This document shows positions 19,790 through 25,396 of a stretch of 25,396 nucleotides of DNA, piece after piece. Each line of letters begins with the position of its first letter. Within the stretch, counting starts at the first letter, position 1. The notes under the pieces were generated by a model that ran no database searches, was not told the origin of the DNA, and saw only the letters and a list, made by a program, of their open reading frames with translations. Source of the stretch: Fibrobacterales bacterium (GTDB taxonomy: Bacteria; Fibrobacterota; Fibrobacteria; Fibrobacterales; JAOPTW01). The position numbers were made by a program, and so were the translations under genes. Where the stretch lies: positions 1 to 25,396 of the forward strand of contig JAOPTX010000072.1 in assembly GCA_051532055.1 (NCBI GenBank), given 5' to 3'.

Positions 19790-19846
19790 TGCCAACTTCT
19801 CGGTGTATCGTGGGGAAGTTGGCATTGCGTACTTACATAGTTGGGC
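19790..19846 (+). repeat. Right part of an attC-like core (left arm lost)
   Basis: Hairpin TGCCAACTTC/GAAGTTGGCA followed by TTGCGTACTTACATA-GTTGGGC, matching the TGCGTAC...GTT right arm of the other cores. Confidence 0.65.
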
Positions 19847-21604
19847 CCAATAGGTGATAGGAAATATTGTTTTAGGTTTGAACTCCTTGTGCTTACTATG
19901 CGGATGCAACAACAGGGCTTTAATTATTACTATATTTTAATAAATGAGGATTTTACGAGGTTATTATGAAAGTCTATTTACTTGCTTTTTGTTTTTGCTA
20001 TTTGGGTTGTGTTTTTGATAAAACAGAAATTGCTGAAATTTCTAACAGTTCGTCCGCTACTATAGTTGATAGTTTCTCTTCAAAAGTTATAGTGTCATCA
20101 CAAACATCGGTTGTTAGCTCTTCTGATATAGTCATTCAAGTTCAGTCTTCCCATAATGCTATAGGTGTTAGCTCAGAAATTCAAAGACATGTAAGTTCTT
20201 CACATAAAAGATCCAGAGTTCAAACGTCCGCTTCATCAACTTCGGACAATAGTCAAAGTTACACATCGAATGATTTTAATAAACAAATCAATAAGCATTT
20301 TCCATATGTTATACGTAATATGTCATCGCGTTATTGTGAGCCGTATACATTTAAAATTGCAGAGGATTCATTAATACAGATTATTGGGGGAAAGTTCCAA
20401 AGAGGGTTAGATAGATTAAGTGATAGTTTATATCGATTCTATTCAATTGAATTTCCTGAACACTATTTCGATGCAGTAATTCACGATAGTACCATAAACT
20501 ATATCAATTATTTTGAGGAGAGTTTAATAATGGATTTTAGCAGGAGTTATCCAGGGTGTGAAAACGAATCATATAAATTAAGGCTAGGTATGATTGATGA
20601 TTCGCTAAGTTATCCCCAATCAACTACTGAAGACCCTCTTAAGAACAAAAATAGTTACATAATGCTAGAGCCATGGGGGCAAAGTATACGGTGTAGTGGT
20701 ATAGAGGAACGGGTTAATAAAATGCCTTCCGGCAAGTCTAGAATTCAAATGGTTAATGATTCAACAATACTCATTGTTGATAGTGAAAACTATGCCGATA
20801 GTATACAACGTGTAATCATTAACAATACTTATGAGTATATGGATTATTATTCTGGTTTCATGAAAATTCGCTTTAAATATATTCCAGAAGCAGGCTGTGA
20901 GCCTGCTGAATTTGAATCAATAATTGCAGTAGGCTCAAAGCTTGGAGAAGGTGAGCGTCCTTACGATATTTCAGCATATTTTGAACCCACAGCACAACTC
21001 ACCATCGATAGCTGTAGTGAAATAGCTATAGATTCTTTAGAAGATGGTTGTAATGTTTGCACTTGTTCTAAAATAGGAATTAAGGTTTGTACCAATTTTG
21101 ATTGTGCCACAGAAAATGTCGTTTGCACAACAATAGGAAACCCTCAATGTGGTTATGATGATTCAAATGAATTTTATAAAGTACGGAAAATATTGGTGGA
21201 TAGGTTTGATGGGAATTATGAATTCGATTTTGATGAAGGCGACTTTAGCGGGGGATATAAGAGTATTGGTGTTAATAGTGTGACATCATCAAACCGAATA
21301 GAAAAGTTATCAACCGGTGATTTTATCGCCTTGAAAAACTTAATTATGCATTCTGATGTTACCTTAGAGTGGGAATATGGGTGTGATCCACACAAATCAA
21401 GATGTTACGACCAACACATATCTAAAGTTAGTCTTGTCTATAACCATGATACAATTCAAGGGTATTATCCAGATGGTACAATTAAAGGCTTATTGTTTTC
21501 AGAAGAGTTAACAGGCTTTTTGGATGAATTAATAAATTTCGAAATGAATTACTGATTATGCTAAAGTGTTCGGGGAGTTTCGATAATCACCTACTAGGCC
21601 CAAC
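19840..21604 (+). mobile_element. Cassette A, bounded by 19-bp inverted arms
   Basis: GTTGGGCCCAATAGGTGAT (19840-19858) is complementary to ATCACCTACTAGGCCCAAC (21586-21604) at 17/19. Confidence 0.75.
19966..21555 (+). CDS. Ser-rich lipoprotein with a pacifastin/VWC-like Cys motif
   Basis: YLGC lipobox, GAGG RBS; C-x9-CNVCTC-x7-CT-x3-C (DGCNVCTC). Confidence 0.75.
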   Translation: MKVYLLAFCFCYLGCVFDKTEIAEISNSSSATIVDSFSSKVIVSSQTSVVSSSDIVIQVQSSHNAIGVSSEIQRHVSSSHKRSRVQTSASSTSDNSQSYTSNDFNKQINKHFPYVIRNMSSRYCEPYTFKIAEDSLIQIIGGKFQRGLDRLSDSLYRFYSIEFPEHYFDAVIHDSTINYINYFEESLIMDFSRSYPGCENESYKLRLGMIDDSLSYPQSTTEDPLKNKNSYIMLEPWGQSIRCSGIEERVNKMPSGKSRIQMVNDSTILIVDSENYADSIQRVIINNTYEYMDYYSGFMKIRFKYIPEAGCEPAEFESIIAVGSKLGEGERPYDISAYFEPTAQLTIDSCSEIAIDSLEDGCNVCTCSKIGIKVCTNFDCATENVVCTTIGNPQCGYDDSNEFYKVRKILVDRFDGNYEFDFDEGDFSGGYKSIGVNSVTSSNRIEKLSTGDFIALKNLIMHSDVTLEWEYGCDPHKSRCYDQHISKVSLVYNHDTIQGYYPDGTIKGLLFSEELTGFLDELINFEMNY

Positions 21605-21676
21605 AGCCGAAGCACGCAAGCTTTTTTCTATGCACTGAAGTGCTAAAAGCCTGCGTACGTTCGCCAAGCGTTGCTG
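21598..21676 (+). repeat. attC-like hairpin core, copy 2
   Basis: GCCCAAC...GTTGCTG, 79 bp; stem CGAA-GCACGCAAGCTTTT / AAAAGCCTGCGTACGTTCG with compensatory changes relative to copies 1 and 3. Confidence 0.8.
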
Positions 21677-21895
21677 GACATAGGAATGGGCAGGGATATT
21701 TGATGGGGGAGACTTAATGAGTTATGCAAGGACGAAAATATTTTTATTTGGTTCGACTGCCCGTCCATGGGCAGGCTATTTTTTTATATTCTGTGTAAAT
21801 ACAAGTTATTTGCTTAATATTTCAGTTCGATATGATTCTGAGAACATTTCAAACATAAAATTCGTCTAATATCAGACACTACATTTTAGGACAAT

Positions 21896-22270
21896 ATGAA
21901 ATATTTATTCATTATTATTTGTTTGACATTCTTTATGGCTTGTGCAACCTCAATATCTACAGAACAAATTGAGATGAAGGAATTTTCATTTCCATCTGAG
22001 AATTATGATCTAACAGTATCAAAGAGAGAGTTATTTAATATTAAAATAAGGCTATGCAGCGGGTGTTTAAATGACTGGACACTAGTTGCATATGATTCTT
22101 CTAAAGTTGAACATCTCAATACAACAAATCAGGATTTTAGCTGTCAGAATTGCGATGGTGGCTCATATAATAAAACATTTAGTTTTACTGCAAAAGATAG
22201 CGGATTTACGGAAATTCGTTTTGTTGAACTAAACTTAGACACATTGTTAATTAATTTATCAGTAGAATAA
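21896..22270 (+). CDS. Lipoprotein with a chagasin/I42 protease-inhibitor-like domain
   Basis: FMAC lipobox; LTVSKRELFNIKI...W...GG...FSFTAKDSG.TEIRF matches the chagasin-family pattern. Confidence 0.65.
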   Translation: MKYLFIIICLTFFMACATSISTEQIEMKEFSFPSENYDLTVSKRELFNIKIRLCSGCLNDWTLVAYDSSKVEHLNTTNQDFSCQNCDGGSYNKTFSFTAKDSGFTEIRFVELNLDTLLINLSVE

Positions 22271-22312
22271 AAACCCACTCACCAAATGAGCAATTAGGGA
22301 CATGGTTTATGT

Positions 22313-22387
22313 TTATAACAGTCGTTGGAACGGAAACCGTTAAATGTTATATTCTGTATGAAAGTTCCGCTCAACTAAAAGTTATAA
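22313..22387 (+). repeat. Canonical-geometry integron attC site
   Basis: R'' TTATAAC, 5 bp, L'' TTGGAACG ... L' CGCTCAA, 6 bp, R' GTTATAA; followed directly by the RBS and ATG of the next gene. Confidence 0.85.
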
Positions 22388-22400
22388 TTAAGGGAAAGAG

Positions 22401-22682
22401 ATGAATAAAATTATTATTGCATATTTTTTCGTGTTAATTGGTTGCTCTTCTACTGGGGTTGTATCTATGGGACAAGGGAGTTATCTAGTCTCTAAGAAAA
22501 GTCCCCAAGTAGGTTTTGGTCCGTCTGTAACATTAAAGGCGGATGTTTATAAAGAAGCCAATGAGTTCTGTATGAAGCAAAATAAGGAAGTTGAAACAGT
22601 AAACTTTGAAAGTACTGATTCAGGATTTGCTCAATCTCCAACGGCATCTTTAGAATTTCGGTGCTCTGAAAAAAATGATTAA
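22401..22682 (+). CDS. Small lipoprotein of unknown function
   Basis: LIGC lipobox; two further Cys; AAGGG RBS; starts 13 bp after the attC R' box. Confidence 0.85.
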   Translation: MNKIIIAYFFVLIGCSSTGVVSMGQGSYLVSKKSPQVGFGPSVTLKADVYKEANEFCMKQNKEVETVNFESTDSGFAQSPTASLEFRCSEKND

Positions 22683-22802
22683 TGTTTCTAGAAAGACTTA
22701 GTTAAAAGACTCTATCCGCCGTCCATGGCTACGTTCATTAAAACAAAAATATTTTCTTTTCTCCCAAATAAGCATCATGCTAGGTATGCCCATTACTACA
22801 TC

Positions 22803-22879
22803 CACCAACAAGAAAAGCACGCAACGATTTTTTCTAGTATGAAGAAGAAAATCGCTGCGTACATTTTCAAACGTTGTAG
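22803..22879 (+). repeat. attC-like hairpin core, copy 3
   Basis: CACCAAC...GTTGTAG, 77 bp; stem GAAAA-GCACGCAACGATTTT / AAAATCGCTGCGTACATTTTC; close to copy 1. Confidence 0.8.
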
Positions 22880-22927
22880 CAAATTACTATGGGTCAAATT
22901 ATATTGGCAAATTATTTAAACGGGTAT

Positions 22928-22954
22928 AAAAAAAGCCCCACGTCCTGTGGGGCT
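22928..22954 (-). terminator. Rho-independent terminator of the ATPase gene (also a GTCC-loop hairpin)
   Basis: Stem AGCCCCAC/GTGGGGCT followed by T7 on the minus strand, about 20 bp after the stop codon. Confidence 0.75.
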
Positions 22955-22975
22955 GATTTAAAAAATAAATATTAA

Positions 22976-25075
22976 TTATGATTCTTCGAAATTAAGGTCA
23001 TCTGAACCGTCTCGTTGGAAGTACATGTTTTCGGCCATTTCTTCTAGTTGAAAAACTCTTCTACCAGATATTCGGCTGTCTCTATCGACTAACCCTCTAT
23101 CGGATAATATGCGGCCACGTTTTCCAATAAGTTGGTATGAACAGTCTAATTCAGCTGCTATATCCTTGGCAAACATTTCCTTGCGTTCATCGTGTAGTGT
23201 TTTAAGAATACCTAGTTCTGTACCTGGGAGTAAATTTTCATCATCAATAGATTGGATTAAATTCTCATATTTTCGTGATAAATTGACTACTCTGCAAGTG
23301 CCTGTTTTACATTCAGGACATAGCATGTCATAAGCTTGCAACATAGGTAGTAACTCATTTGCGTGTTTCATTTTGCAGTTATCACATACAATTTCTTGGT
23401 TAATCTTTATATATGATAAAACAATAGGAGTATAATCGAATATACGTTCAACAAAATATAAGCGTTGCTCTCTGGTCTCAGTTGGTCTACCAAAATTGAG
23501 TGTTTCTTGTTGACATAGCCCATAATTTAGTGAATAAACAGAAACTTCCCGACCATCACGATCTTTCATTTCGTAATATTTTGTAATGAAGAAGTTTAAT
23601 TCTAAAGTAGACATTATAGAAGAATAATCGCTTCCTATATGGAAATGACTTGTAGGGGTTCTTCCTGGTATGTCTTTCGTTACTTTTGAATCTTTATATG
23701 TTCTTAATTCCTTTGAGCGTTTTACTATAGCTTCAAGTAATTCTTTTAAACTATATATTGAGGATCTTTCTTCAAAAGTTTCGTGGAGAAATTTATTGAG
23801 TTTGAAATAATATGATATTTTCTCGTCAAAATACCTCCGAGATGCAGCTTGTACAGTCTTAATAGAAATTTTGCTGTCATAGATAATACTTGATTCATAA
23901 CAATAATAGAGAATATAACCCAAGATTCTAGGGTTACCGATACAAGCATAAAAGAGGACTCTCCAAAAATTTTCATTTGATGAGTCGAAATACTCACTAA
24001 CATCCTGGTCACAGAAATAAGCAATACGAGATTCAACCAATCGTTTTGTAAAATCAACTGCACGACTTTCCATGTTTGTTAAATCGTTTCTACCATACGC
24101 TCTATATATATCAAGATAAACCTCATCAATTTTAGACATATCAATTTGACCTGAATATAGTCTGCCAGGATAAATTGCAATTTTAAATTTTATGAAATCA
24201 TCAGACCAATTATTTAGTGGAGCAATAATGGTATCAACTACTTGCTCCATATCATTTTTAGGTAATTCAGAGAAGTCGTCTATAAATATGTATAAATGAC
24301 GAAGGTTAAGTTGGTCTAAGATTTCTCGTATACGTAATATTAAATTTCTAACGTTAAATATTTTAATATAGACTTGTGAATAATTTTGACTTTTCTTCTT
24401 TTCAAGCTCCTGTATTAATTCTGCAATAAATTTTGCTTGTAGTGAAGGATTATTAGAGGCGGTAGCTGTTACTTCGGTACTTGTTTTTTCAGTCTCTTTT
24501 GATGTTTCCTCTTCTGACCGTTGTGCTTGAATACTCCCTGTTGCATCAAGGTATTTATCTTCTTTGAGTTCTTCTAAAAACTCATCTAATTGTTCAAAAA
24601 GTTCTGCGGCTGACCCTGTAAATGCTTCTTTAAATTGATTCCAAAGGCTTGAAGATATTCGTGCGCTAATTTGTGATTTGATTTCATTGAGCATTTCAAT
24701 CATAAAACTTTTAAATACACTTAATCGTTGAATTGCATCAGTAGAGAGAGCATTACTAAGCTCTTCAGGTAGGCTTCCTACCATTTCAGAAGTAGATGAT
24801 TCATAGAGTGTTTTAATATCAATATATGCCCAAGTTTTATTCTTGTCAGAATTTAATTCATGCTGAACTCTTTGAAATATTGTGGACTTACCAGTGCCTT
24901 TTCTGCCAATTAAAAAAGTTGTATTGGGTTTCAAAAGTGTATTCATTGTGTGATTTTCAGGCAAGGGGTCAACATATAAGTCGTTGATTATTTTATCACC
25001 TTGATCATTTAGTAGTTCAGATCGATGATAAAGTTTAAGAGTATCAATTGTTTTTAAAAAGTTCTCTTTTTTCAT
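22976..25075 (-). CDS. P-loop ATPase (ORC/CDC6-like or STAND-like) with Zn ribbon and C-terminal winged HTH
   Basis: Walker A GRKGTGKS, Walker B YIFIDD, GNPR motif, CDNC...CPECKTG, MFAKDIAAELDCSYQLIG...GLVDR; ATG at 25075 is the more likely start. Confidence 0.85.
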   Translation of the reverse strand: MKKENFLKTIDTLKLYHRSELLNDQGDKIINDLYVDPLPENHTMNTLLKPNTTFLIGRKGTGKSTIFQRVQHELNSDKNKTWAYIDIKTLYESSTSEMVGSLPEELSNALSTDAIQRLSVFKSFMIEMLNEIKSQISARISSSLWNQFKEAFTGSAAELFEQLDEFLEELKEDKYLDATGSIQAQRSEEETSKETEKTSTEVTATASNNPSLQAKFIAELIQELEKKKSQNYSQVYIKIFNVRNLILRIREILDQLNLRHLYIFIDDFSELPKNDMEQVVDTIIAPLNNWSDDFIKFKIAIYPGRLYSGQIDMSKIDEVYLDIYRAYGRNDLTNMESRAVDFTKRLVESRIAYFCDQDVSEYFDSSNENFWRVLFYACIGNPRILGYILYYCYESSIIYDSKISIKTVQAASRRYFDEKISYYFKLNKFLHETFEERSSIYSLKELLEAIVKRSKELRTYKDSKVTKDIPGRTPTSHFHIGSDYSSIMSTLELNFFITKYYEMKDRDGREVSVYSLNYGLCQQETLNFGRPTETREQRLYFVERIFDYTPIVLSYIKINQEIVCDNCKMKHANELLPMLQAYDMLCPECKTGTCRVVNLSRKYENLIQSIDDENLLPGTELGILKTLHDERKEMFAKDIAAELDCSYQLIGKRGRILSDRGLVDRDSRISGRRVFQLEEMAENMYFQRDGSDDLNFEES

Positions 25076-25240
25076 GCTTCTGCCCAATCTTAGGTTTGAT
25101 TTACAATTTAGAATTTAATTGATGAATTATTGAATAAATATTTATAAACATATTTTCCGCCCTCCGTCGTCCTATCTACGGTCGGGATTTATACCCGTTA
25201 AAATAATAAGAAGCTGTAGTGATAGACCCATAGTAACTCG

Positions 25241-25380
25241 CTACAACACTCATAGCAGTCAATAATTTGATCATAAGTTCGCTACATTCAGCCGGTCGCT
25301 AAAGCTCCTCGTCTTCATGCAACCCAAGCGAAGCTTGGGAGCTCTCTAATTGTCAAATAACTGCTTACTCTGAGGAACTT
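25241..25380 (+). repeat. Long, degenerate attC-like core after cassette C
   Basis: CTACAAC then CTCA-TAGCAGT...ATTTGA pairing with TCAAAT-AACTGCT...TGAG; inner hairpin CCCAAGC/GCTTGGG; no intact GTT. Confidence 0.5.
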
Positions 25381-25396
25381 CACCCGAAAAGTCAAG

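Larger units (their letters stand above)
21670..22809 (+). mobile_element. Cassette B, bounded by bipartite inverted arms (23 bp plus 16 bp)
   Basis: 21670-21692 vs 22787-22809 complementary at 19/23; 21734-21749 vs 22741-22756 at 15/16. Confidence 0.75.
22873..25247 (+). mobile_element. Cassette C, bounded by bipartite inverted arms (23 bp plus 20 bp), cargo in reverse orientation
   Basis: 22873-22895 vs 25225-25247 complementary at 21/23; 22911-22930 vs 25188-25207 at 19/20. Confidence 0.8.

Noticed and set aside
151..22879. Repeats as a CRISPR array
   Set aside because: Repeats are about 78 bp, separated by kilobases containing genes, and no cas genes are present
22873..25247. Cassettes as IS elements or MITEs with TIRs
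   Set aside because: No transposase, no target-site duplication seen, ends abut attC-like cores at GTT/AAC, and mismatch bias points to single-strand folding
1..25396. Integron integrase or attI site
   Set aside because: No ORF with tyrosine-recombinase catalytic motifs in the window; any recombinase must be encoded elsewhere

Overview
AT-rich bacterial accessory region, probably Fibrobacterota or a related FCB lineage (inferred from many Ser-rich lipoproteins and T9SS-like C-terminal tails). The left part holds secreted carbohydrate-active genes (BNR_4 beta-propeller with a discoidin-like domain, GH67 alpha-glucuronidase, clan GH-A hydrolase lipoprotein), two Cys-rich lipoproteins, an FN3-SGNH-like protein and an Ig-repeat lipoprotein. 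The middle holds a MACPF-like lipoprotein between two copies of an interrupted gene, two 21-bp-period arrays and a TonB-dependent-receptor-like gene. The main finding is at about 19.8-25.4 kb, with relics at 135-276 and 7421-7450: an integrase-less, integron-like cassette array. Hairpin cores of the form AAC...GTT (77-79 bp) separate cassettes. Each cassette has its own 19-23 bp terminal inverted repeats, often with a second 16-20 bp block, well beyond the 7-bp R''/R' match of a normal attC. Most arm mismatches would be G-T wobbles only on the bottom strand, and GTCC-loop mini-hairpins lie just inside the cassette ends. One cassette carries a nested canonical attC, and another carries an inverted ATPase/Zn-ribbon/wHTH gene that is a defence candidate.
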